From NCBI GenBank assembly GCA_964500525.1, contig CAZCOE010000066.1, positions 1-49,754 on the forward strand: DNA of 49,754 nucleotides. The letters are read 5' to 3'. The position numbers and the translations under genes are program-made. The DNA is from an uncultured Clostridia bacterium (lineage in GTDB: Bacteria; Bacillota; Clostridia; RGIG7378). Position 1 is the stretch's first letter. Each line of letters opens with the position of its first letter. Shown here piece by piece: positions 26,859 through 34,871 of this stretch. The notes below the pieces were generated by a model that saw only the letters and a list, made by a program, of their open reading frames with translations, was not told the DNA's origin and ran no database searches.

Positions 26859-28364
26859 CTACCTGTTGGTAGCCTCTTTGTCCTTGAGAGTAACGTCATG
26901 ATAGCCACCCTCCACAATTGATGTGGCGGATACCAGTGTGAGCTTGGCGTTCTTCTGCAAATCAGGAATATTCAGCACACCGCAGTTGCACATTGTGGAG
27001 CGAACCTTGGACATGGACTTGCCCAGGTTGTCGTGGAGGCTGCCTGCGTAGGGAACATAGGAATCTACGCCCTCCTCAAAGCTGAGCTTCTTGTCGCCGC
27101 CCAGGTCGTATCTCTGCCAGTTGCGGGCACGGTTGCTGCCCTCGCCCCAGTACTCCTTAACGTATGTGCCGTTGACCATAAGCTTAGCTGTGGGGCTCTC
27201 GTCAAATCTGGCGAAATATCTGCCCATCATGATAAAGTCGGCGCCCATGGCCAGGGCCAATGTCATATGGTAGTCATGTACGATACCGCCGTCGGAACAG
27301 ATTGGTACGTAGATGCCTGTCTTCTCAAAATATTCATCTCTGGCAGCCGCAACCTCGATAAGTGCGGAGGCCTGGCCACGGCCAATGCCCTTCTGCTCAC
27401 GGGTAATGCATATGGAGCCGCCGCCGATACCTACCTTAACAAAGTCAGCGCCGCAGGCTACCAGGTATTCAAAACCCTCCTTGTCTACTACGTTGCCTGC
27501 GCCAACCTTAACTGTATTTCCATAGTGCTGGCGAATCCAGTCGATGGTGATTTTCTGCCACTCGGTGAATCCCTCAGAGGAGTCAATGCACAGCACGTCC
27601 ACACCGGCGTCAACCAGTGCGGGTACCCGTTCTGCATAATCTCTGGTGTTGATTCCTGCGCCTACCATGTAGCGCTTGCTGGAATCCAGCAGCTCGTAGG
27701 GGTTATCCTTGTGGTCAGAGTAGTCCTTGCGGAATACCAGGGACACCAGATTTCCCTCCGGGCTCACAATGGGCAGAGAGTTAAGCTTATGGTCCCAGAT
27801 AATGTCGTTAGCTTCCTTTAATGTAGTGCCCTCGGGAGCTGTAACCAGCTTGTCCATGGGGGTCATGAACTCAGAAACCTTCAGGTCCCTTGGCATACGG
27901 CTGACTCTATAATCCCTGCTGGTTACGATTCCGCAGAGTCTGCCATTGGGCTGTCCATCCTCTGTAACTGCTATTGTGGAGTGGCCTGTGCGCTCTGTAA
28001 CTGCCAGAACATCTGCCAGGGTGTCGTCGGGCCTTACGTTGGAATCGCTGCGGACAAAGCCTGCCTTGTAGGATTTGACTCTGGCAACCATGGCTGCCTC
28101 GTTCTCGATTGTCTGGGCTCCGTAGATAAAGGAGATTCCGCCTTCCTTTGCCAGGGCAATGGCCATTTTGTCGTCGGAGACGGACTGCATAATGGCTGAA
28201 ACCACAGGTGTGTTCAGATAAATATCCGACTCCTCACCGGTCTTAAACTTGACCAAAGGCGTCCTGAGTGACACGTTTGCAGGAATGCATTCCTTAGATG
28301 AATAACCGGGAATCAGCAGATATTCGCTGAAGGTACGAGAAGGCTCGCTGAAATAATATGCCAT
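26859..28364 (-). CDS. guaB: IMP dehydrogenase
   Basis: Preferred start is ATG 28364 ([21 protein letters not shown]...) with AGGAG upstream. Catalytic loop [12 protein letters not shown]; CBS pair in the middle. The ORF track starts at 28433. Confidence 0.92.
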   Translation of the reverse strand: MAYYFSEPSRTFSEYLLIPGYSSKECIPANVSLRTPLVKFKTGEESDIYLNTPVVSAIMQSVSDDKMAIALAKEGGISFIYGAQTIENEAAMVARVKSYKAGFVRSDSNVRPDDTLADVLAVTERTGHSTIAVTEDGQPNGRLCGIVTSRDYRVSRMPRDLKVSEFMTPMDKLVTAPEGTTLKEANDIIWDHKLNSLPIVSPEGNLVSLVFRKDYSDHKDNPYELLDSSKRYMVGAGINTRDYAERVPALVDAGVDVLCIDSSEGFTEWQKITIDWIRQHYGNTVKVGAGNVVDKEGFEYLVACGADFVKVGIGGGSICITREQKGIGRGQASALIEVAAARDEYFEKTGIYVPICSDGGIVHDYHMTLALAMGADFIMMGRYFARFDESPTAKLMVNGTYVKEYWGEGSNRARNWQRYDLGGDKKLSFEEGVDSYVPYAGSLHDNLGKSMSKVRSTMCNCGVLNIPDLQKNAKLTLVSATSIVEGGYHDVTLKDKEATNR

Positions 28365-28459
28365 GGTATAATCTCCTATCTTGAAATGCCCGCAGGCTAT
28401 AATATATAAACTAAATTGCCCCTCATTATACAAATAGTAAAAGCCAGAGTCAAGGGAAG

Positions 28460-29060
28460 ACGGGGCGAAGCGGGGCTTCGCTGCGCTTCGCCAGTGAATA
28501 GTGATTAGTGATGAGTGATGAGTGATGAGTGAATAACTCTGGTCCCCATGCTCCCATGCTCGACTATATCAGTGATGAGTGATGAGTTCTGGTGGATTTG
28601 TTCCTTTGGTCAAATTGATTACTGGAACGCGGCGTCAGAAGTTGAAACTTGTCAAGTTTTTTGGACCGACCGAAGAGTGAAAACGATATAACCGCCCATG
28701 GGAGCATAGCTACCGCTTCGGGTTCTTAGGGCATCGCTTCATCTTTCGACCTCTGGAACATAGGGACCAGAACTCTTCACACATCACTCTACACTTTTCA
28801 CTGGGAGGCTTTGCCTCGCCCGTGCTCCGCTTAGTTATTCGAGCAATGGAACGTGGGGACCAGAACTATTCACCATTCACTAATCACTATGCACTGGGTA
28901 CCAAGGGCATGGGAGCATGGCGTCCTCAACTCTTCACACATCACTCTACACTCTTCACTGCGAAGCATCTATGCTTCGCCGGGAGCGGCGCCTTTTCCCG
29001 GTACTTTTGGGCGGTCAAAAGTACCGACGACTCTTCACTCTTCACCCTTCACTTGTTGGC
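28460..29060. repeat. cluster of six copies of a modular intergenic repeat (two plus-orientation, four minus-orientation) with accessory hairpins
   Basis: Unit = CC-(AGTGAnn)x3-6-AGTTCTGGTCCCCATGCTCCCATGCTCGA. Copies: 28491-28563 (+), 28570-28613 (+, decayed), 28746-28804 (-), 28839-28897 (-), 28907-28960 (-), 29026-29060 (-, heptads only). Flanking hairpins: GCGAAGC/GCTTCGC (28465-28481, 28960-28979) and a perfect 10-bp stem at 29000-29025. Confidence 0.9.
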
Positions 29061-29074
29061 TGCTGCCGTCCCAG

Positions 29075-29935
29075 TCAAATCTCTGCCAGGATCCTATCCA
29101 GTACAGCCTGAATATCGGCCTTGTCAGCTGCATCTCCCAGTACGCGCAATTCGTAAAACACATTATCCTCCACCCAATAGGCAGTAGGGTCATAAAAGTC
29201 GCCTTGGTAGTAGCCATTGTTGTTGGACCCATTGGTGGTAACAATCAATACGGAGGTGCCGGATTTTGTAGTTGCTGTGGCCTGTTCGTAGGTGGCATAC
29301 CCATTATAAACGCAGCCCGTGGTATATGTTCCGGCTTTTGCAGCAAGAGTCGCCGTCAGAGTAATCCTTGCATTATCGGTACTGTATCCGGCTGTGGCAC
29401 TTATTTCCCTGGGTTTTCTCTCTTCATTTGCAGCGTTGACTGTGACCTGAATGTGCTTTATAGGCCTATCCGGATCAGCGCTCTCCATTCCAATATGTCC
29501 GGTTTTGTTGAGCCAGCTGAGGGACTCCAGAGGATTATTCACAGTAACGCCTATTCCCTCCTCACATTCGTCCCAGGTGTCGGATTCGAAATATACGATT
29601 CCCCAAATACGACTTGACAGGGTTCTCTCTTCCCAGGTCATACTGTCATATTTGTTCCATTCCTGGGTGAGTATTTCAGTAGGCGTTTGGCCCAAATGGG
29701 ATAGGTCCGTGCCCACCAGTTCTGTTCCCACTCGATAGGAGGATTCCTTATTGTCCGTTTTTTTCTCTATTACTTCCACACGGGAATTGGTCAATTGGCC
29801 ATCGGGAGTCCCGGTTAGATCGGATGTCTTATCCTCTGCACACCCGGCGAAAATCAACGCAAGCACCAGGCAAAGGGCCAATGCGGCTATTGTTCTGATA
29901 GTAGGTTGGGTAGATACTGGGGTCTTTGTCTTCAT
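29075..29935 (-). CDS. putative lipoprotein of unknown function
   Basis: 286 aa. Signal peptide ending in the lipobox IFAGC. No catalytic motif recognised. Confidence 0.7.
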   Translation of the reverse strand: MKTKTPVSTQPTIRTIAALALCLVLALIFAGCAEDKTSDLTGTPDGQLTNSRVEVIEKKTDNKESSYRVGTELVGTDLSHLGQTPTEILTQEWNKYDSMTWEERTLSSRIWGIVYFESDTWDECEEGIGVTVNNPLESLSWLNKTGHIGMESADPDRPIKHIQVTVNAANEERKPREISATAGYSTDNARITLTATLAAKAGTYTTGCVYNGYATYEQATATTKSGTSVLIVTTNGSNNNGYYQGDFYDPTAYWVEDNVFYELRVLGDAADKADIQAVLDRILAEI

Positions 29936-30157
29936 GGTATTACTCCTTTCCGGCGAGACTCAATCAATTCTGCTTTAGCCATTTGTCTCGCGGCTCGCTG
30001 CCTTGATTCCACAATCTATTCGTATTATTGCCTACTTCGCCTCAAATGGCAATATGCCTTCAAGATACGCACGCAAACTTTTCAAAAAGCGTGTCAAACA
30101 CGACTATTACAAGCTGTATGCCTACGCTTGAGTGGTACCTGGCAATAGCCTTCTTTC

Positions 30158-30250
30158 TTCCGATTTTGGAATCAATACCTTGAATTTTAAATTTTTTTCC
30201 GAATTCGGAATTTTTATAGTTATTTTGTGTATCATATGCTATAATCGGAA
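30158..30250 (+). promoter_or_regulatory. promoter region of the ATPase gene with TTCCGA/TCGGAA palindromes
   Basis: TTCCGATTTTGGAA (30158-30171), a perfect palindrome TTCCGAATTCGGAA (30197-30210), and a TCGGAA half-site (30245-30250) overlapping an extended -10 TGcTATAAT (30237-30245). Confidence 0.45.
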
Positions 30251-30274
30251 TACTATTTGATGGAGGTAATCACC

Positions 30275-31495
30275 TTGGTTGAGAGAAAAGAATACCTAGA
30301 TTGTTTGATTCAATGGAAGGATGAGCAGGTCATCAAAGTGGTCACCGGTATCAGGCGGTGCGGTAAATCAACCCTGCTTCTTCAATATCAGGCGTGGCTT
30401 AAGGCAAACGGCATCTCAGATGAGCAGATCGTTTCCATTAATTTTGAAGAGCTGGAATATGAGGAGCTGCAGGACTATCGCAAGCTGTATGCCTACATCA
30501 GGGATCATCTGTGCCAGGGGACAAAGAACTACATTTTCCTGGATGAGATTCAGAAGGTTCCATCCTTTGAGAAGGTGGTAGACAGTCTGTATGTCAAGCC
30601 GGATATGGACATCTATATCACCGGTTCCAATGCCTATATGCTTTCCGGAGATCTTGCGACACTATTGACCGGGCGCTATGTGGAAATAAAAATGCTGCCC
30701 CTGTCCTTCAAGGAATTTCTGAAAATCACCGGTATGGACCCGGATCGGGGTCTTCCGGAATATATGCATGACGGAGGACTTCCATATATTGCCAAAATGG
30801 ATCGAACCCCGGAAAAGGTGGAAACCTACTTAGAGGGTATCTACAATACCGTTATCGTAAAGGACATGGTGGATCGTCAGGCCAGAAAGGAAACCAATTC
30901 GGATAAAAGAAGAATTACGGATATCCTCCTGCTGAAGACCATAGCTAAATACCTAGCCAGTGTGGTGGGAAATCCGGTCTCCATCAAATCAATTGCCGAC
31001 TATCTGACCTCAAACGGAAGAAAAGTCTCGCCTAACACGGTGAGCGATTATGTGGAGGCTCTCACAGAATCATTTATCTTCTATTCTGCAGAGCGTTTTG
31101 ACATTGTGGGTAAGCAGCTCTTGAAATCGAACCGAAAGCTGTATATTGTAGACCTTGGCTTACGAAACCATATCCTGCCCCGCAGTCAATACGATTTGGG
31201 ATTTTCCCTGGAGAACATTGTCTATTTTGAGCTTCTTCGCCGAGGCTATCGTGTTATGATTGGAAAGGTCGGCAATACGGAAGTAGACTTCGTTGCTGAA
31301 AAGCAGGGAATCCATACCTATTTCCAGGTTACAGCTGATATGACTGCGAAGGACACCTTCCACCGGGAGATGAAGCCACTGACAAGAATCCGGGACAACT
31401 ACGAAAAAATCGTTTTGACCGCAGATCGACTCACTGCAGGAGACTACAACGGCATCCGGGTCAAAAACATATCCGACTGGTTGCTGGGGGAATAA
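30275..31495 (+). CDS. AAA-family ATPase with a DUF4143-type C-terminal domain
   Basis: Walker A GIRRCGKSTLL, Walker B IFLDEIQ, and a C-terminal nuclease-fold-like region typical of AAA_14/DUF4143 proteins. Preferred start is TTG 30275 (MVERKEYLDCL) with GGAGG 8 nt upstream. The ORF track starts at 30257 and there is an ATG at 30260. Confidence 0.8.
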   Translation: MVERKEYLDCLIQWKDEQVIKVVTGIRRCGKSTLLLQYQAWLKANGISDEQIVSINFEELEYEELQDYRKLYAYIRDHLCQGTKNYIFLDEIQKVPSFEKVVDSLYVKPDMDIYITGSNAYMLSGDLATLLTGRYVEIKMLPLSFKEFLKITGMDPDRGLPEYMHDGGLPYIAKMDRTPEKVETYLEGIYNTVIVKDMVDRQARKETNSDKRRITDILLLKTIAKYLASVVGNPVSIKSIADYLTSNGRKVSPNTVSDYVEALTESFIFYSAERFDIVGKQLLKSNRKLYIVDLGLRNHILPRSQYDLGFSLENIVYFELLRRGYRVMIGKVGNTEVDFVAEKQGIHTYFQVTADMTAKDTFHREMKPLTRIRDNYEKIVLTADRLTAGDYNGIRVKNISDWLLGE

Positions 31496-31504
31496 AATCA
31501 CATC

Positions 31505-31535
31505 CCCAGCGTTATACATTCAAAACAACAGCGCC
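31505..31535. repeat. left copy of a 31-bp direct repeat (duplicate of the thuA-like 3' end)
   Basis: CCCAGCgTTATACATTCAAAACAACAGCGCC. It matches 33143-33173 at 30 of 31 positions. Confidence 0.9.
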
Positions 31536-31552
31536 ATTGCGAATCCGAGCCT

Positions 31553-31620
31553 CCCAGTGAAAAGTGAAAAGTTCTGGACCCTACGCTCCCATGGTCGATC
31601 ATAGGAACGTGGCAACCACT
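31553..31620. repeat. one full (+) unit and one truncated (-) unit of the modular repeat, joined head-to-head at TCGA
   Basis: CCCAGTGAAAAGTGAAAAGTTCTGGACCCTACGCTCCCATGGTCGA is followed by TCATAGGAACGTGG, which resembles the start of the minus-orientation unit at 28839. Confidence 0.75.
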
Positions 31621-31734
31621 CAGCACTTACTTCAGTACTTTCAGCACTTATTGTACTGAAAACATCTTGACAATTTCGCTCTTTAATTTTTGAATATAGT
31701 AACTTATTTGGAGGATACTCGTATCCTTAGAATG

Positions 31735-31775
31735 CCCCGTCAAGTGTTGGTAGCACTTGGCGGGGTTTATTCTTT
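31735..31775 (+). terminator. strong plus-strand rho-independent terminator
   Basis: CCCCGTCAAGTG (31735-31746) pairs with CACTTGGCGGGG (31754-31765): 12 bp including one G-U pair, with a 7-nt loop. It is followed by TTTATTCTTT. There is no U-tract in the minus orientation. Confidence 0.7.
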
Positions 31776-31790
31776 GCTCTGAAATTTGCT

Positions 31791-32303
31791 TCAATCTTCT
31801 TGAATATAGGTGAACTGTACATTTCGATCTGCCGCAGATACTGCAACTACTGTTCTTTCATCTGGTGAGAGAAGATAGAGGATATCTTCATGCATTTTTA
31901 TATAATCAAAAAGCAGCAATTGAGGAAATTTCTCTAAGAAGGTGTCTGTTTCGACTTCCTCAAAGACAAAGATTCGTGTCCACCCTTCGAATGATACATT
32001 CGATAACTGACACTCTGTTCGTTGATACACCCTTAACCAATGACCACCAATACGCATTTGAGTTTCATATACTCTGTGACACTCTGTGCAATACCAATAC
32101 TCGACAGGTTCTGAGCGTTTCATGAATTTCTTTTGTAATCCTTTCAATTCATCCCAATCAGTCAGGAAGTCTGACAGCAGAATCTGAGGATTATCTGCAA
32201 GAGCAGAAAATATTTCCTGTTCATAGTAAATACATAAACTGTATGGTGATGGGCTGACTGATGTCCCCATTGTAGCACCACATTTACATAACATTCTCGA
32301 CAT
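31791..32303 (-). CDS. hypothetical protein with two Cys pairs (possible zinc ribbon)
   Basis: 170 aa. CKCG at residues 6-9 and CTEC at 73-76. Strong RBS AAAGGAGG 8 nt upstream. Low-GC gene; no family recognised. Confidence 0.6.
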   Translation of the reverse strand: MSRMLCKCGATMGTSVSPSPYSLCIYYEQEIFSALADNPQILLSDFLTDWDELKGLQKKFMKRSEPVEYWYCTECHRVYETQMRIGGHWLRVYQRTECQLSNVSFEGWTRIFVFEEVETDTFLEKFPQLLLFDYIKMHEDILYLLSPDERTVVAVSAADRNVQFTYIQED

Positions 32304-32317
32304 AGTGAAACCTCCTT

Positions 32318-32536
32318 TTAGTATTCAATCTTGGTTTTATTTGAAAACCATACCTCGATTGGCCCCTTAATCCAACCCTTTCGTCTCGCCTCTGCGATTC
32401 CTTCTTCAGCAAATGCCCTTCCACTTTCACTGTTCCTATGATTTGGTAAAAATATCGCAATCGTATCGCCATACCTGGTAAACAGGTCGATTACTTCTTC
32501 TTTGATAAATTCGTAAGTGCTGTCATCTAGTCTCAT
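32318..32536 (-). CDS. hypothetical small protein (72 aa)
   Basis: It lies 8 nt after the XRE gene and 14 nt before the 170-aa gene. No family recognised. Confidence 0.5.
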   Translation of the reverse strand: MRLDDSTYEFIKEEVIDLFTRYGDTIAIFLPNHRNSESGRAFAEEGIAEARRKGWIKGPIEVWFSNKTKIEY

Positions 32537-32544
32537 TAATTCGC

Positions 32545-32868
32545 TTATTCCTCTCCAAGGAGAATACCCATGATTTCCATCTTCTCCTCTTTTGTCATCT
32601 GCCTTACATTTCGGGCAATCAGCCTTTTTGCATGTGCAACCTCGTTTTTTGTGTCTGGCTCTGTACCGTTCATCAAAAAATCTGAAGTTGTACCTAGTGC
32701 ATCTGCAATTCTAGCCATCACACTTGCTCTTGGAATGCGATCTCCCTTAATATAATGAGATACTGCTGCCTCTGTCACCCCAGCCCTTTGTGCGAGCGTT
32801 TGTTGTTGCATGCCTTTTTTCTTCAAAAAATCGAAAGCTGTTCTCCAAATGTTACTGCCATTGTTCAT
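32545..32868 (-). CDS. XRE-family helix-turn-helix regulator
   Basis: 107 aa. KKKGMQQQTLAQRAGVTEAAVSHYIKGDRIPRASVMARIADALGTTSDFL is an HTH_3 pattern. AAGGAGG RBS. Confidence 0.85.
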   Translation of the reverse strand: MNNGSNIWRTAFDFLKKKGMQQQTLAQRAGVTEAAVSHYIKGDRIPRASVMARIADALGTTSDFLMNGTEPDTKNEVAHAKRLIARNVRQMTKEEKMEIMGILLGEE

Positions 32869-33142
32869 TCCTCCTTTAGAATAGTTGCTCTACATCCTGT
32901 TTGATGTTATAACTGTTTTTATCGTTTTATCAACCGGTGTTGTAAAGATTAATTGCAACAATGTCAAGTTTTCGTGTGAATACTAACCAATTCGATAAAA
33001 GAATACTATATCCTAGCTTTAATTATCTTTGGAGGCTAAAATTAGATATATCGATGGACGTCTTTGCCTTTGACTAATCTCTCCCTCCGCTGGGCAATTT
33101 AGATTTTCAGTTAAGGTGTTAGCTCAACAGTGTCATGTCCTT

Positions 33143-33173
33143 CCCAGCTTTATACATTCAAAACAACAGCGCC
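33143..33173. repeat. right copy of the 31-bp direct repeat, containing the genuine stop and last 7 codons of the thuA-like gene
   Basis: CCCAGCtTTATACATTCAAAACAACAGCGCC. The stop codon TAA (minus strand) is at 33150-33152. Confidence 0.9.
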
Positions 33174-33968
33174 GTCAAAGGCTAAGGTCCGTTCCACCTT
33201 CCCTGTGGCTGCCCATTCACAGCCCCGCACGAACATCTGGCGGAACTGCCGTGGAGCAAAGCTCTGCAGTGTGTTCTCCCCCAGCCCGTGTCCGGTGTAG
33301 TATGGCCAAACGTGGCCCAGCACCTGGTTATATGTGCGCCCATTCCCATACTGTCCCACAATAGCCACTGGCTCCGGACAGCCGGTGCCAGGATGGCCGT
33401 GGCGGCTGATTACATTTGGGTCGGAATACGCCGTTGCCAGCGTGGTAAAAGGCACCCCGTGAACATTCTCCATGGTACAGAACACTTCGTCCCGGGTATC
33501 GAAATCCTCCAGTCCCCGGGTAATTGGGTGATTTACATCCGTTATGGTAATATGGTGATTCCCGTAATCCCCGTGAGAAGTGGATTCCCGCCACATCAGC
33601 ATGGCCATTTTTTCCAGTTCCGGCCAAGGTTCCATGCCGGCTGCCACCCAGTAGCAGGGATGGTCCCCATGCAAAAATACGAACCCCTTTCCACCGGCAA
33701 CGGCCTCCTCCATCAGTTTCTGCTCTCCTGGAGCGTTGAAACGGTAGTTTCCGCAATTAAATATGATCCCGTCGCAGCCATCTATGGCGTTCCCGGAGAG
33801 ATACTCATCGAAGCTCACATCCCCCAGACCCGGCCCATCGCAGACCATGGTCACGTCAAAGGCGCCGGTACTGTCCAGCAGCAGTTTGTTAGCCCTGGCC
33901 ACACGGTGCACGTCGTGTCCTCCCATATGGACGTCACCAACCAAATAGTGCAGTTTTATTTTATCCAT
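33150..33968 (-). CDS. ThuA-domain protein (trehalose-utilisation-like, class I glutamine-amidotransferase fold)
   Basis: Preferred start is ATG 33968 (MDKIKLHYLVGDVHMGGHD...). The ORF-track start at 34082 would overlap the upstream gene. VNHPITRGLEDFDTRDEVF is typical of ThuA domains. Confidence 0.7.
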   Translation of the reverse strand: MDKIKLHYLVGDVHMGGHDVHRVARANKLLLDSTGAFDVTMVCDGPGLGDVSFDEYLSGNAIDGCDGIIFNCGNYRFNAPGEQKLMEEAVAGGKGFVFLHGDHPCYWVAAGMEPWPELEKMAMLMWRESTSHGDYGNHHITITDVNHPITRGLEDFDTRDEVFCTMENVHGVPFTTLATAYSDPNVISRHGHPGTGCPEPVAIVGQYGNGRTYNQVLGHVWPYYTGHGLGENTLQSFAPRQFRQMFVRGCEWAATGKVERTLAFDGAVVLNV

Positions 33969-33979
33969 AGTTATTTTCT

Positions 33980-34849
33980 TCAATATCGTATATCGTACCA
34001 CTGGTCCGGCTTGTTTCTGGCGAGCCGAGCAGCGTCGATGATTGCCAGGATTTCCAGAGTCTCCTCCTTCTGCACCGGGCACACCCCGTGTACAAAGAAA
34101 TCCATGATTGCCTTTGCCAGATTGTGGTAGAAGTTCCTATCGTCACTTTTCAGTCGCTGGCCCGTTTCGCCATCTGAAACCATGAAATTGAACTCGGCCC
34201 AGGGCTGTGGCGTCTGCATAAAGCTGGCGAGCCGTCCATCCCCGTAATCCAGAATCAGCTGAGTGACCTGGCTGCCCACGCTGAAGGCCTTCAGACGCTT
34301 GACTCCCACTCCCATCAGAGCAACAATGGGCTCCAGTTGATGTACCGCGTAGCTGTCCAGGCTGTGGGGGCCTACAGTGGAGACGAACCGGGGCCTCTCC
34401 TGATGGGTTGCCTGATAGTCCAATATATCCTGACAGTACCGCTGGGCCGAGGACGAGAAAACCGGTGTTCCATGTTCCTCAGCCAGGGCGAACAGCCTCT
34501 TCCCTGCGTTCACTGACGGTGCAAAGGTCTTATCCACGAAGACAGGTTTTCCGCTGCGTAGTGGCAGCTGGCACACTTGCTCGTGCCATGCGGAATTGTC
34601 CGCCGCGATTACCATAATGGCATCCACGTAATCCACAAGCTGTTCCATGGTTTCCGCAGGGCATATATTCCGCTGCTCACACCACTGGGTCGTAGACATG
34701 CCCCCCTCCGGCGGGACCTCATGGATGCCAAAGGCGTGGGTGACCTGGGCATCGTATCCATACCGACGGATCACATCCCGCAAAAAGTCGGGGTAATGGT
34801 CGGCGTGCCAGTTATTCAAATAGTAGTCCGCAAACCCGATTTTCAGCAT
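33980..34849 (-). CDS. Gfo/Idh/MocA-like (ThuB-like) protein lacking a canonical GxGxxG
   Basis: 289 aa. The N-terminus is MLKIGFADYYLNNWHADHYPDFL where an oxidoreductase would have IGxIGxGxI. Overall length and its position next to the ThuA-like gene also fit. Confidence 0.5.
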   Translation of the reverse strand: MLKIGFADYYLNNWHADHYPDFLRDVIRRYGYDAQVTHAFGIHEVPPEGGMSTTQWCEQRNICPAETMEQLVDYVDAIMVIAADNSAWHEQVCQLPLRSGKPVFVDKTFAPSVNAGKRLFALAEEHGTPVFSSSAQRYCQDILDYQATHQERPRFVSTVGPHSLDSYAVHQLEPIVALMGVGVKRLKAFSVGSQVTQLILDYGDGRLASFMQTPQPWAEFNFMVSDGETGQRLKSDDRNFYHNLAKAIMDFFVHGVCPVQKEETLEILAIIDAARLARNKPDQWYDIRY

Positions 34850-34871
34850 TTCAGAGTCCCCTTTCCAATAT

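Noticed and set aside
28491-28540. The tandem AGTGAnn heptads as a CRISPR array or a simple microsatellite
   Set aside because: The 7-nt units are contiguous with no spacers, so this is not a CRISPR array. The heptads always occur attached to the same 29-nt core at several loci, so they are part of a larger element rather than slippage-generated satellite.
28822-29617. ORF-track entries 28822-29187, 28853-29617 and 28917-29111 with LFTLH/SLITHH-type peptides
   Set aside because: They are read through the heptad repeat array (CTTCACT/CATCACT) and then run antisense into the lipoprotein gene. They are translation artefacts of repeats.
30110-30496. 16-nt exact match CAAGCTGTATGCCTAC at 30110-30125 (intergenic) and 30481-30496 (inside the ATPase gene)
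   Set aside because: A single 16-mer coincidence is roughly expected by chance when both strands of 50 kb are compared with themselves. The flanks show no similarity.
33969-34082. N-terminal extension of the thuA-like ORF (MPGAEGGDSGNPGNHRR...) given in the ORF track
   Set aside because: It would overlap the upstream gene by about 100 nt and is Gly/Arg-rich read-through. The conserved ThuA-like sequence begins at the ATG at 33968.
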